64,000 nt of DNA from an uncultured Limimaricola sp. (GTDB lineage Bacteria > Pseudomonadota > Alphaproteobacteria > Rhodobacterales > Rhodobacteraceae): NCBI RefSeq assembly GCF_964022235.1, contig NZ_CAXHZL010000006.1:65300-129299 (forward strand), read 5' to 3'. The notes below the pieces were generated by a model, which worked only from the letters and a program-made list of their open reading frames with translations, was not told the DNA's origin and did no database searches. Positions 37,939-50,499 of this stretch are shown piece by piece. The position numbers and the translations under genes are program-made. Positions within the stretch are counted from its first letter, which is position 1, and every line of letters begins with the position of its first letter.

Positions 37939-39141
37939 GTGGCTGAGCCAGAAACCTATCCCATCGGATTGGACGAAATCGACGCGCTGGCCAACCGGGC
38001 CGGACGGGTGATCGAGAAACTGCGGGCGCGGGTGTTTTCCCCCGGCGTCAGCAAAAGCCTCGATCTGCGCTTCAACGTGCGCAGTGCCGCCGAGATGTGC
38101 GGCCGCACCGAAAAGGCGCTGCGCGATGCCGAGGCCGACGGGCGTCTGCCCGAGCCAGAGAAGGATCCGGACACGGGGCGGCGCACCGGCTATTCGCTGG
38201 CCGAGGTGAATCGGATGCGCGAGGTTTTCGGTACACTGCCGCGCCGCGCCCCCGGCGATCCGGCGACGGTACTCGCCGTGCAGAACTTCAAGGGCGGCGT
38301 CGGCAAGTCCACCGTAGTGGTCCACCTCGCGCAATACCTCGCGCTCAAGGGCTACCGCGTCTGCGTCGTCGACTGCGACAGCCAGGCCTCGACCACCAGC
38401 GTCTTCGGCCTCAACCCCGACGTCGATGTCGACGAGGAAGAAGACACGCTCTACCCGTTTTTCCGCCACGGTGGCCCGGCGAGCCTTCATTACGCGCTGC
38501 GCGCAACCCATTGGCCGGGCATCGCGCTGATCCCCGCCAACCTCGGCCTCTATGACGCGGAGTACGAATTTGCGGCCCGCATGGTGCGCGAACAGGACTT
38601 CGTGCTCGACCGGCTGCGCGCGGGCATCGAGTCGATCTCGGACCAGTTCGACGTGATCCTGCTCGACCCGCCGCCCGCCTTGGGCATGATCTCCCTGTCG
38701 GTGCTGCGGGCGGCCAATGCGATCATCGTGCCGGCCCCGCCCAACAACATCGACTTCGGCTCCACTGCGCATTTTCTGCGGATGATGTCCTCGACCTTGG
38801 GCGAGCTTGCGCAACATGGCGGCGCGCGGGGGTATCACTTCGTCAAGATCCTGGCGACTAAGATGAACGATCAGAAAAGCGCCCATGTGGCGATCAAGCG
38901 AATGATGGACGCGGTCTTCCCGCAAGACATGCTGGGTGCCGTTCTCAAGGACAGCGCCGAGATCGACAACGCCTCGGCCAACCTGATGACGGTCTATGAG
39001 CTGACGGGCGCGGCCACGCGCACCGACACCCACAAGCGGTGCCGGGTTTATCTCGACGCCGTCGGCCGCGAGGTCGAAACCGAGATCCGCAAGACTTGGC
39101 CCAGCCATCAGGCAGCACTGCGCAAGGAGGGTATCCTGTGA
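37939..39141 (+). CDS. parA: ParA-family partition ATPase (with N-terminal extension)
   Basis: GTG start at 37939. Deviant Walker A NFKGGVGKST. 400 aa. Confidence 0.9.
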   Translation: MAEPETYPIGLDEIDALANRAGRVIEKLRARVFSPGVSKSLDLRFNVRSAAEMCGRTEKALRDAEADGRLPEPEKDPDTGRRTGYSLAEVNRMREVFGTLPRRAPGDPATVLAVQNFKGGVGKSTVVVHLAQYLALKGYRVCVVDCDSQASTTSVFGLNPDVDVDEEEDTLYPFFRHGGPASLHYALRATHWPGIALIPANLGLYDAEYEFAARMVREQDFVLDRLRAGIESISDQFDVILLDPPPALGMISLSVLRAANAIIVPAPPNNIDFGSTAHFLRMMSSTLGELAQHGGARGYHFVKILATKMNDQKSAHVAIKRMMDAVFPQDMLGAVLKDSAEIDNASANLMTVYELTGAATRTDTHKRCRVYLDAVGREVETEIRKTWPSHQAALRKEGIL

Positions 39142-40133
39142 GCAAGAAGCACGACGATATTTTTAACGACGTCCTGAAAGGGCTCGACGAGGCCGAGGGC
39201 GCGCCTGAGACCAAGGCGCCGGAGGAGGGCACCGGACGCGCGCAAACGCGGTTTCTCAAGCGCTCTACCGCGATGTCCGAACAGGTCACCGGCGGTCGGC
39301 AGGAAAAGGTGCTGCGCCTCGTCGATCCGGCAAGCTGCGTGATGTGGGCAGGGCATAACCGCGCTTATGAGCTGCTGACCCCCGACAACTGCGCCGATCT
39401 GATCGAGGGGATGAAGGCGCAAGGCCAGCAGGAGTTTCCCGCCATCGTGCGCCGCTTGCGTCCGGCGGGGCAGGGCGACGGTCCCGAGTTCGAAGTGATC
39501 TGCGGAGCGCGGCGGCATTTCTCAGTGAGCTGGTTGCGCGCAAACACCTATCCGCAGTTCCGCTATCTCATCGAAGAGCGCGAGCTGACCGACGAGGAAG
39601 CGTTTCGCCTTGCCGACATCGAAAACCGTGACCGAGAGGACATTTCAGATTTCGAGCGAGCCCGCGATTATGCCCGCGCGGTCGAAGCCTACTATGGTGG
39701 GCGACAAAACCTGATGGCCGAGCGGCTTCAGGTTTCGCCCGGCTTCCTGTCGCGGTTCTTGCAACTGGCGCGGCTCGAACCCGAGATCGTAGCGGCCTTC
39801 GGGTCGATCCGCGACATCAAGGAGGTGCACGCGCGCCAGCTTCGTCCGCTGCTGGCGGAGCCCGATCTTCGGGAGGCAGTTTTGGCCGAAGCACGCGTCA
39901 TCACTCAGGAAGGCGCGGCGCTGGCCGGTCCCGCCGTGCTGTCGCGACTGCGGGCGGCGGGCAAACCCACGACCCCTCGAAAATCCACGGACGTGGTGAT
40001 TCCGCACCGCGACGGTGAGGTTCGGATCAAGAAAAAGGGGCAAGGCTACGCGATGGAGTTCCACGGCAGCCTGTCGGACACGGCCCTGCGAGCGGCGCTC
40101 GAAAGCTTCCTTCAGTCTCGCAAGACGCGCTGA
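39138..40133 (+). CDS. parB: ParB/RepB-family partition protein
   Basis: GTG at 39138 (GTGA overlap with the parA stop) with AAGGAGG 8 nt upstream. ParB-N motif ICGARRHFS. Confidence 0.85.
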   Translation: MSKKHDDIFNDVLKGLDEAEGAPETKAPEEGTGRAQTRFLKRSTAMSEQVTGGRQEKVLRLVDPASCVMWAGHNRAYELLTPDNCADLIEGMKAQGQQEFPAIVRRLRPAGQGDGPEFEVICGARRHFSVSWLRANTYPQFRYLIEERELTDEEAFRLADIENRDREDISDFERARDYARAVEAYYGGRQNLMAERLQVSPGFLSRFLQLARLEPEIVAAFGSIRDIKEVHARQLRPLLAEPDLREAVLAEARVITQEGAALAGPAVLSRLRAAGKPTTPRKSTDVVIPHRDGEVRIKKKGQGYAMEFHGSLSDTALRAALESFLQSRKTR

Positions 40134-40148
40134 TTGCCAATTGGCAAT
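40133..40148. promoter_or_regulatory. 16-bp perfect palindrome ATTGCCAATTGGCAAT (candidate parS, copy 2)
   Basis: Starts on the last base of the parB stop codon. Identical to the copy at 36256. Confidence 0.6.
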
Positions 40149-40333
40149 TTCCCTACGGGGGCCATCCGGCCTCCGCTTGGCAGAGCGAGCGGCTACAATG
40201 CAAGCTAGAAGCGGGCGTAGTTAAAAGAGTTGTGGCACGGGCCTTAGCAGCCGTCACGCGCCATCTCTTACAAAATGGGTTCAATTGCGAGCACGCTTTG
40301 AACGGTCGGTAAGACGGAACTGGAGCTCCCGCT

Positions 40334-41173
40334 TCAACGTGCCGCTTCGATCACCTCGGCCAAAACCGAGATGGCCAGAACGCGCGGGTCGCGGGTGCCG
40401 GGGATCAGGCCGATGGGGCCACGAATGCGGTCGATGGCGGATTTGGGAAGGCCTCGATCGCGCAAGGCCGCGCAGCGACGGGCATGGGCGGTACGGCTGC
40501 CCTGCGCCCCGATCCAAAAGGCATCGCTGTCCAAGGCGGAGGACAGGAGATTCAATTCGCGTTCGTGGTCATGAAAAAACAGGACTACCGCCGAGCGGGG
40601 GTCGATATCGTCGGGGGCAAGGTTATCGGCGTGGGTCACCGGATACCCCGCGGCATATGCGAGGGTAGCGAAGCCTTCGGCTTCCGGTCCTTCCCCAAGA
40701 ACAATCATGCGCGGGTCGGGACGCAGCACCAGCGCGGGCAGGCCGGGCAGGGCAAGCGTGACTTCGCGCCGGGCCTCCATCTGCGCCAACGTCGCGCGCA
40801 ACGGGGCCGGATTGCGTATCGGCATCAGCGTAACTTCGATGCCGCTGCCGCAAGGCAGACGGATATCGACAAAGGGAGAGCCTTTTCCGTAAAGCAGCGC
40901 GCGCTTCTCGCCCGACTCTTCGACTTCCGCTGCGTGCAGAGCGAGATCGCCTTCGATGCAACCGGACGACAGGCTGCCAATAGCATCCCCGTCCACAGGA
41001 AATGCCATGAGCGCGCCCAAGGGTCGATAGAACGCGCCGTCGATCCATGTGATCATCGCAATCACACCGCCTGCCGGAGACAGAGCCTCGAGCATCGGGC
41101 GCGCCTCGGATGCCGATAGGATCGGCTGTCCGGAGACCGGGGCACGGGTGGGAAACCGGGTGGTCTGGTTCAC
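40334..41173 (-). CDS. XdhC/CoxI-family molybdoenzyme maturation protein
   Basis: GTG at 41173 with AGGAG upstream. The two-domain XdhC layout is recognisable (VIAMITWIDGAFYRPLGALM...; MIVLGEGPEAEGFATLA...). Confidence 0.75.
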   Translation of the reverse strand: MNQTTRFPTRAPVSGQPILSASEARPMLEALSPAGGVIAMITWIDGAFYRPLGALMAFPVDGDAIGSLSSGCIEGDLALHAAEVEESGEKRALLYGKGSPFVDIRLPCGSGIEVTLMPIRNPAPLRATLAQMEARREVTLALPGLPALVLRPDPRMIVLGEGPEAEGFATLAYAAGYPVTHADNLAPDDIDPRSAVVLFFHDHERELNLLSSALDSDAFWIGAQGSRTAHARRCAALRDRGLPKSAIDRIRGPIGLIPGTRDPRVLAISVLAEVIEAAR

Positions 41174-41250
41174 GGCGAGGCTCCTATCCGGGCAGGGCCG
41201 GGCCGAACGCTGGGCGCGGCGACGGGCCGATACCCGCCACCGCGCGGGAC

Positions 41251-41859
41251 TCAGTTGGCGGTTTCGGTCTCGGAGTGTGTCTCCATCTCGTCCGTTTCCG
41301 TCGACATGTCGTCAGCGGCCGTGTCCTCGTCGCTCATGGCCTCATCGTCACCCTCCATCTCGCCTTCCGCCTCGAACTCCGGGCTGAAGGTGGCGAGGTA
41401 AGCGGTGATGTCGTGGGCGGCCTGCTCGTCGCGGACCTTGTAGGCCATTTTGCTGCGGGCACGCGGATCATCCAGCGCTTCACGCAGGAAACTCGTCGGA
41501 TCCTGCAGATAGGCCACGGTGTTGTCGATGCCCCAGACCACGGTCTCATAGTCGTCGCCCGTGGGCGCGGCACCGGTCAGGTCGTCGGCGGGGGCAAGCT
41601 CACCGTACGCTATAACGGCATCGCTATAGCGAAAATCCTCGACAGCGCCGGGCTGCCGGCCAATGACGCCATGCAGGTTCGGGCCGATCTTGCCGTTGCG
41701 ACCGGCAAGCACTTCGCCATCGTCATTGGCAACAATGTGGCACGACACACATTGACGCGCGAACTGGGCCTCGCCTTCGGTGGCGTCGCCAGTGATGTCC
41801 TGTGCCATGGCCGCGCTTCCCAAAAGGGCCGTGAACGCCGTGAGGGTGAGGGTCTTCAT
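41251..41859 (-). CDS. Class I c-type cytochrome (c550/c2-like) with a long acidic C-terminal tail
   Basis: The ATG at 41859 gives the signal peptide MKTLTLTAFTALLGSAAMAQ. Heme motif CVSCH and Met ligand region SKMAYKV. The tail is EFEAEGEMEGDDEAMSDEDTAADDMSTETDEMETHSETETAN. Confidence 0.8.
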   Translation of the reverse strand: MKTLTLTAFTALLGSAAMAQDITGDATEGEAQFARQCVSCHIVANDDGEVLAGRNGKIGPNLHGVIGRQPGAVEDFRYSDAVIAYGELAPADDLTGAAPTGDDYETVVWGIDNTVAYLQDPTSFLREALDDPRARSKMAYKVRDEQAAHDITAYLATFSPEFEAEGEMEGDDEAMSDEDTAADDMSTETDEMETHSETETAN

Positions 41860-42108
41860 CGGAAATATCCTTTCGAGGTTCGTATCGGCGACGGACGCCG
41901 TGTCGCACCGCATCATGCCAGAAAGCCCTGAGATACGAATGTGGTTCCAGAACTACCGCAACGACAAGCACAAATGGTCACAAAATTCGCCGGGGCGGCA
42001 TGGACATCCGGGCGTGTCGCGCCAGTTAGCTCTCGCAAATCCGTGTGGTCACCGGGATCTTATTTTCCGGTATCCCGCCCGCGGTCTCGGCAGCAAATGG
42101 AGGCCAGA

Positions 42109-42618
42109 ATGGTCAAGCTCATGGTCAACGGCGTCGAACGCGCCTTCGATGGCGACGAGGATACGCCGCTCCTGTGGTACCTGCGCGACGAGCTGGGACT
42201 GACGGGCACCAAGTTCGGTTGCGGCATCGCCGCTTGCGGGGCTTGCACCGTGCATATCGACGGCGCGCCGTCCTTCGCCTGCATCACGCCGGTGGGCGTG
42301 CTCGAAGGGGCCGAGGTCAAGACCATCGAGGGTCTTTCCGAAAAGGGCGACCACCCGGTTCAGGAAGCTTGGCGCGATCTCAACGTAGCGCAGTGCGGCT
42401 ACTGCCAAGCCGGTCAGATCATGCAGGCGGCCGCGTTGGTCGATCAATATGACACGGTGACCGACGAGGACATCGATGCGGTGATGAGCGCCAACATCTG
42501 TCGTTGCGGCACCTACCCGCGCATTCGTGCGGCCATCAAGCAGGCGTCGGGCCAGCAGGCATCGGGAGCCGCTTCGGCCAACCCGGACGCGGACAGCCAG
42601 CAAGTGGAGTCGAAGTGA
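42109..42618 (+). CDS. (2Fe-2S)-binding small subunit of an IorAB/aldehyde-oxidoreductase-type molybdoenzyme
   Basis: ATG at 42109 with GGAGG 5 nt upstream. Cluster motifs [19 protein letters not shown] and CRCGTY. Confidence 0.88.
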   Translation: MVKLMVNGVERAFDGDEDTPLLWYLRDELGLTGTKFGCGIAACGACTVHIDGAPSFACITPVGVLEGAEVKTIEGLSEKGDHPVQEAWRDLNVAQCGYCQAGQIMQAAALVDQYDTVTDEDIDAVMSANICRCGTYPRIRAAIKQASGQQASGAASANPDADSQQVESK

Positions 42619-44909
42619 TGCGTGACAGCTCGATCACAAACGTCAGCCGCCGCGCGCTTCTGGGCGGCATGAGCGCCGGAGCCTTCGTTCTGGCCGTGGG
42701 CCTGCCTCGTCCGGGCCGCGCGCAGGAGGACGAGCCCAAATTCGGCCGCGATGCCATGCCCAACGGCTGGCGCGACGACCCGAATGTCTTCATCGCCATC
42801 GCGCCCGACGGCATCGTCACCGTGACATGCCACCGTTCCGAGATGGGGCAGGGCGTGCGCACCTCGATCGCCATGGTCGTGGCCGATGAGCTTGGGGCCG
42901 AGTGGGAGAACGTGCGCGTCGATCAGGCGCCGGGTCTCGAAGAGAAATACGGCAACCAGGACACCGACGGCTCGCGCAGCCTGCGGCACTTCTTCATGCC
43001 GATGCGCCGCGCCGGTGCCGCCGCGCGGACGATGCTCGAGCAGGCCGCCGCCGATCAGTGGGGCGTCGATGTCTCGGAGGTGAAGGCCGAAGGCCACAAG
43101 GTCGGCCATGCCGGCTCGGGCAAGTCGCTGGGCTACGGCGAACTGGCCGCGGCCGCGATGGACCTCGAGGTGCCTGCGCGCGAGAGCCTGACGCTCAAGG
43201 ATCCGTCCGAATTCCGTTATATCGGCAAGGACACGATCGGTCTTGTCGACAACATGGACATCACCACCGGCAACACGACCTATGGGATCGACGTAAAGCG
43301 CGAGGGCATGCTTTATGCCGTGGTCGCGCGCCCGCCGGTCTATGGTGGCCGGGTGGCGAGCTTTGATGACAGCGCGGCGCTGGCCATCGAGGGTGTCGAG
43401 AAGGTCGTGAAGATCGACGCGGCCGATTTCCCGACCGGCTTCGCGCCGCTTGGCGGCGTGGCGGTCATCGCCAGGAACACCTACCTTGCGATGAAGGGGC
43501 GCGACGCGCTCACCATCGAATGGCAGGACGGGCCGAACGCCGATTACGACAGCGAAGCCTACCGGGCGGAGCTGTCCGAGGCGGCCTCGACCCGCGACGG
43601 CAAAGTGATCCGCGACGAAGGCGACTATGACGCGGCCATCGCGTCGGCCGCGACGACGGTGGATGCGGAATACTACATCCCGCATCTGGCACAGGCCCCG
43701 ATGGAGCCGCCCGCCGCCGTGGTCGAGATCAAGGATGGTCGGGCCGAGGCTTGGGCCTGCGTGCAGGCGCCGCAGGTGACGCGTCTGCGTCTGGCCGAGC
43801 GGCTCGGCCTCGAAGAGACCGACGTCACCGTCAACGTGACCCTTTTGGGCGGTGGCTTCGGCCGCAAGTCCAAGCCCGACTTCGTGCTCGAGGCAGGCAT
43901 CCTGAGCCAAGCCATGGGCGGCACGCCGGTCAAGCTGACATGGACACGCGAAGACGACATCCACCACGGGTTCTATCACACCGTGTCGGTCGAGAAGATG
44001 CAGGCCGGCCTCGACGGGGCGGGCAAGCCCACCGCATGGCTGCACCGCACTGCGGCCCCGACCATCGGCTCGATCTTCGCCCCAGATCCCAAACAGAAGC
44101 TGCCCTTCGAGCTGGGCATGGGTCTTCTCAACATGCCGCTGGCAATCGAGAATATCCGCGCCGAGAATCCGCAGGCCGCGGCGCATGTGCGCATCGGCTG
44201 GTACCGCTCGGTGTCGAACATCCCGCATGCCTTCGCGATCCAGTCCTTCGTGTCCGAGCTTGCCCATGCGGCGGGGCGCGACCCCAAGGATTATCTGCTT
44301 GAGGTGATCGGCCCCGCGCGAGAGGTGGATCCGACCAATCAGGGTGATGTCTGGAACTACGGCGAGAACCCCGACAGCTATCCGATCGACACCGGCCGGA
44401 TGGCGGCGGTGGTCGAGGCAGCGGCGGAAGGCATCGAATGGGGCCGCGAATTGCCTGAAGGGCAGGGTCTGGGCATCGCGGGGCATTATAGCTTCGTGAG
44501 CTATGTCGCCGTGGCCGCCGAAGTCGAGGTAGTGGACGGTCAGGTCATTGTACCGCGCGTGTCGATCGCCATCGATTGCGGGGCCAACGTGAACCCCGAC
44601 CGCATCCGCAGTCAGATGGAGGGCGCGGTGATCATGGGTGTGGGCCAAGCGCTGATGACCGAGGTCACCTTTGCCGAGGGCCGCGCGCAGCAGGGCAACT
44701 TCGACACCTATCTGGTGCCGCGCATGGAGACCGCGCCCAAGCGGATCGACGTGCATATCGTAGGCTCGGACGCCGCCTACGACCGCCCGCTCGGCGGTGT
44801 CGGGGAGCCTGGCCTGCCGCCGGTCGTTCCGGCCATCACCAACGCGGTCTTCGCGGCTACCGGAAAACGCATCCGGCAGCTTCCGATCGCCGATCAACTG
44901 CGCAGCTGA
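42618..44909 (+). CDS. Molybdopterin-binding large subunit (xanthine dehydrogenase family, IorB-like), Tat-exported
   Basis: ATG at 42618 (TGATG overlap). Twin-arginine signal [28 protein letters not shown]. 763 aa. Confidence 0.88.
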   Translation: MRDSSITNVSRRALLGGMSAGAFVLAVGLPRPGRAQEDEPKFGRDAMPNGWRDDPNVFIAIAPDGIVTVTCHRSEMGQGVRTSIAMVVADELGAEWENVRVDQAPGLEEKYGNQDTDGSRSLRHFFMPMRRAGAAARTMLEQAAADQWGVDVSEVKAEGHKVGHAGSGKSLGYGELAAAAMDLEVPARESLTLKDPSEFRYIGKDTIGLVDNMDITTGNTTYGIDVKREGMLYAVVARPPVYGGRVASFDDSAALAIEGVEKVVKIDAADFPTGFAPLGGVAVIARNTYLAMKGRDALTIEWQDGPNADYDSEAYRAELSEAASTRDGKVIRDEGDYDAAIASAATTVDAEYYIPHLAQAPMEPPAAVVEIKDGRAEAWACVQAPQVTRLRLAERLGLEETDVTVNVTLLGGGFGRKSKPDFVLEAGILSQAMGGTPVKLTWTREDDIHHGFYHTVSVEKMQAGLDGAGKPTAWLHRTAAPTIGSIFAPDPKQKLPFELGMGLLNMPLAIENIRAENPQAAAHVRIGWYRSVSNIPHAFAIQSFVSELAHAAGRDPKDYLLEVIGPAREVDPTNQGDVWNYGENPDSYPIDTGRMAAVVEAAAEGIEWGRELPEGQGLGIAGHYSFVSYVAVAAEVEVVDGQVIVPRVSIAIDCGANVNPDRIRSQMEGAVIMGVGQALMTEVTFAEGRAQQGNFDTYLVPRMETAPKRIDVHIVGSDAAYDRPLGGVGEPGLPPVVPAITNAVFAATGKRIRQLPIADQLRS

Positions 44910-44922
44910 GGGAATGATCGAC

Positions 44923-45321
44923 ATGAACAAGACCCGGATCACTGCGGCGGCCATCGCCGCCAGCCTGCTCGCGGGACCCGCGCTGGCGCATGATTGCGCT
45001 GGCCGGATCGACGAGTTCGAGCGTCTGCTCGACACTGCCGCCGAGCGGGCGATCTCCGCCTCCTCGGGCGGGCAGGCCGTCGCCGGTGCGCGCGAGGCGC
45101 AAGCGGTCGAAGACACCGAACGCTCCGAAGTAGTGCCGGTGCAGGACGAGACCGAAGAGGTCGAAGCCGTCGAAGAGGCGGACGAGGCAGGCAACGGCGG
45201 CGAGAAAGTCATCGAAGCCCGCGCCGCGCTGCAGCAGGCGCGCGATCTGGCCGATGAAGGTCAAGACGAGGCCTGTGCGGAGGCCGTCGACGCAGTCTTC
45301 CTCACACTGCTCGAAGACTGA
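44923..45321 (+). CDS. Hypothetical secreted acidic protein
   Basis: MNKTRITAAAIAASLLAGPALA signal peptide, with an alternative ATG at 44914. Glu/Asp-rich mature part. No family recognised. Confidence 0.5.
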   Translation: MNKTRITAAAIAASLLAGPALAHDCAGRIDEFERLLDTAAERAISASSGGQAVAGAREAQAVEDTERSEVVPVQDETEEVEAVEEADEAGNGGEKVIEARAALQQARDLADEGQDEACAEAVDAVFLTLLED

Positions 45322-45327
45322 GGCATC

Positions 45328-45356
45328 GTCCGGGCCGGAGTAGCTCCGGCCCGGAC
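45328..45356 (+). terminator. Perfect 13-bp hairpin 7 nt after the stop codon (no U-tract)
   Basis: GTCCGGGCCGGAG-tag-CTCCGGCCCGGAC. Confidence 0.45.
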
Positions 45357-45783
45357 GCAGGCTTGTCATAAGCCGCAATCAGGCCACGCGCTGAAGCGGC
45401 TATCTTGCTTCGCATTGCGCGCCGGTTATTGCGCTCATGGGCGGGCCATCTTCGGCCAAGCAGCAGCGCGCGAGGTCATTCGCGGGCGATTTTGGCGCTT
45501 GAGGATCGGGTTGATGGCCACGGCCTCGTTCAGACACTGCGGATATTGCCCACGTCGAACTATGCACAGACCAAAACGCAGGCTTGTTCGCCAAGGGACG
45601 AGGCTTCCACCTTGAAGGCGGCCACGTCCGGCACGAAGGCGGCTCTGCCAAGTGCTGGGTGCCGTCCCCGAGCGCGACTTTATCGCTCTTGGGGACGGAC
45701 AGCGCTTCCGAAAGGAGCTTCCTAGAAGCCCCATATCCGGCGCTCAATTCGCTCGATCATGGCAGATTGCGCGCGGCCCGACG

Positions 45784-48627
<2,844 letters not shown>

Positions 48628-48650
48628 CCGGGGCTCCTAGGATCAGGCGA

Positions 48651-49010
48651 TCACGAGATCAGGGCGGTGTAGGCGGCCTCGTCGAGCAGGCTTTGCATCT
48701 GCGACGGATCGGAGGGTTTGATCTTGAAAAACCACCCCGCGCCGGTCGCGTCCTCATTGGCAAGCGCGGGGTTCTCGGCCAGCGCTTCGTTGACCTCGAT
48801 GATCTCGCCGTCGATCGGTGCGGCGATGTCGGAGGCGGCCTTGACGCTTTCGATCACCACGATCTCGTCGCCCTTGCTCACGGTGGCCCCGACCTCCGGC
48901 AGTTCCACGAAGACGATGTCTCCCAGCTGGGTCGTGGCGTGTTCGGTGATGCCCACAACGACATGGTCGTCCTCGGGGCGCAGCCATTCGTGCTCTTCGG
49001 TGTACTTCAT
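48651..49010 (-). CDS. gcvH: Glycine cleavage system H protein
   Basis: 119 aa. Lipoyl-lysine motif ESVKAASD. Confidence 0.95.
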   Translation of the reverse strand: MKYTEEHEWLRPEDDHVVVGITEHATTQLGDIVFVELPEVGATVSKGDEIVVIESVKAASDIAAPIDGEIIEVNEALAENPALANEDATGAGWFFKIKPSDPSQMQSLLDEAAYTALIS

Positions 49011-49027
49011 GTGGGGTCTCCTTGGGG

Positions 49028-50149
49028 TCAGCGTTTGAATTTCGCAGGTGTGAAGGGCAGCGTCTCGACCGTCAGCGGCAGACGCTTGCCCCTGAGTTCG
49101 CCGTAGACGGTGGTGCCCGGCTCGGCGTGGGCACGGGGGACATATCCCATGGCGATGGGGCCGCCGACGGCGGGGCCAAAGCCGCCCGAGGTGATCCGCC
49201 CGATCGGGCTCTCCTGATCCGGGTCGGCAAAGAGGCGCACGCCTTCGCGCATCGGCGCGCGGCCCTCGGGGCGCAGGCCGACACGCATGCGCGCGGCCCC
49301 TTCGGTCAGCTCATCCAGGATCACCTCGGCTCCCGGAAACCCGCCCGCCCGCGCGCCGCCACTGCGCCGCACCTTTTGGATCGCCCAAGCCAAAGCCGCC
49401 TCTGCCGGGGTCGTGTCCTCGTCGATATCATGGCCGTAGAGGCAAAGCCCCGCTTCGAGCCGCAGGCTGTCGCGGGCACCAAGTCCGATGGGGGCCACCT
49501 CCTCGTGCTCCAGCAAACGCCGCGCAAGCGCGGTGGCCCGTGCGGCGGGCACCGAGATCTCGAAGCCGTCTTCGCCGGTATAGCCCGAGCGCGAGACCCA
49601 AGCCTCGATGCCGTCGAGCGTCAGCGTCGCGACGTCCATGAAGCGCATCTCGGCGGCCTTGGGGTCGAGAGCCGAAAGAACGCGCTCGGCCATGGGCCCC
49701 TGCAGGGCGAGAAGAGCGCGATCCGTGATCTCGGTGATCGCGGCCTCGCCCATTCGCGCGCGCATATGCCCAATGTCCTCGGCCTTGCGGGCGGCGTTGA
49801 CGACGACGAACAGGTGATCGCCCCGATTGGCCAGCATCAGGTCGTCGAGAAGGCCGCCCCTGTCGTTGGTGAGAAAGCCGTAGCGCTGCCGATTGAGCGG
49901 CAGGCCCAGGATGTCGACCGGGATCAGGGCCTCGAGGCCTTCGGCCGCCGAGGCGCCATCCGCGCCCCGGACGATCAGCTGCCCCATGTGGCTCACATCG
50001 AAGAGCCCAGCCTTTTCGCGGGTGTGCAGGTGCTCGTGCATCACACCCATCGGATAATGCAGGGGCAGGGCAAATCCCGCGAAAGGGCCCATCTTGGCAC
50101 CCAGTTCGAGGTGCAGATCGTGCAGCGGCGTCTGGTGCAGCTCCGGCAT
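49028..50149 (-). CDS. gcvT: Glycine cleavage system aminomethyltransferase T
   Basis: 373 aa. [10 protein letters not shown] motif. Confidence 0.93.
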   Translation of the reverse strand: MPELHQTPLHDLHLELGAKMGPFAGFALPLHYPMGVMHEHLHTREKAGLFDVSHMGQLIVRGADGASAAEGLEALIPVDILGLPLNRQRYGFLTNDRGGLLDDLMLANRGDHLFVVVNAARKAEDIGHMRARMGEAAITEITDRALLALQGPMAERVLSALDPKAAEMRFMDVATLTLDGIEAWVSRSGYTGEDGFEISVPAARATALARRLLEHEEVAPIGLGARDSLRLEAGLCLYGHDIDEDTTPAEAALAWAIQKVRRSGGARAGGFPGAEVILDELTEGAARMRVGLRPEGRAPMREGVRLFADPDQESPIGRITSGGFGPAVGGPIAMGYVPRAHAEPGTTVYGELRGKRLPLTVETLPFTPAKFKR

Positions 50150-50235
50150 GGCGGCTCTATCCCCTTGGCCGTCGAGATATCGGGATATCCGGCGGCATCA
50201 CTGAGACGCGAAAGCTCATGCTTCCGCGGGTGATG

Positions 50236-50384
50236 CCCCCTCTGTCCTTGCGCCTGAGATCGCTATCCCTTCGGCGGGCACGTCTCGCGCGCCACTCTCC
50301 AGAGTTTTCGTATCGGCGTCGGTTCGGTGGCCTGAGAGTTTCCGGGGCGGTTGCTCCTTCGGCACCAGCGGACTGGTTCTCCCG
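50236..50384 (-). promoter_or_regulatory. Tandem glycine riboswitch in the gcvT leader
   Basis: Minus-strand aptamer 1: GGGAGAAC...GUGCCGAAGGAGCAACC...CUCUCAGGCCACCGAACCG. Aptamer 2: CUCUGGAGAG...CCGCCGAAGGGAUAGC...CUCAGGCGCAAGGACAGAG. Both match the glycine-aptamer consensus cores. Confidence 0.85.
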
Positions 50385-50467
50385 ACGACGATCTTCCGAT
50401 CATTTCTGACCGCTCTACCAGAGTCCGGCAAGAGATTTGTCGGCGGCCTCGTCGTAGCGGCAAGGGA

Positions 50468-50492
50468 CCGCCCCGGTATGAGGCCGGGGCGG
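50468..50492 (-). terminator. 9-bp G/C hairpin 8 nt after the stop of the sugar-binding protein gene
   Basis: CCGCCCCGG-tatgagg-CCGGGGCGG. Only a weak U-run follows on the minus strand. Confidence 0.45.
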
Positions 50493-50499
50493 GGCAGGG

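Noticed and set aside
42513-45212. 899-aa minus-strand ORF
   Set aside because: Antisense to the IorB-like molybdopterin subunit, which has clear family motifs and a Tat signal. The antisense product is Arg/Gly/His-rich with no motifs.
45400-45747. Overlapping 60-115-aa ORFs in the gcvP-downstream spacer; fleeting impression of a decayed PIN/VapC-like C-terminus (..NIRSV.. / ..AVAINPIL..)
   Set aside because: The similarity is too weak and needs frameshifts. There is no antitoxin partner and no RBS. Kept only as a low-interest finding about an unassigned spacer.
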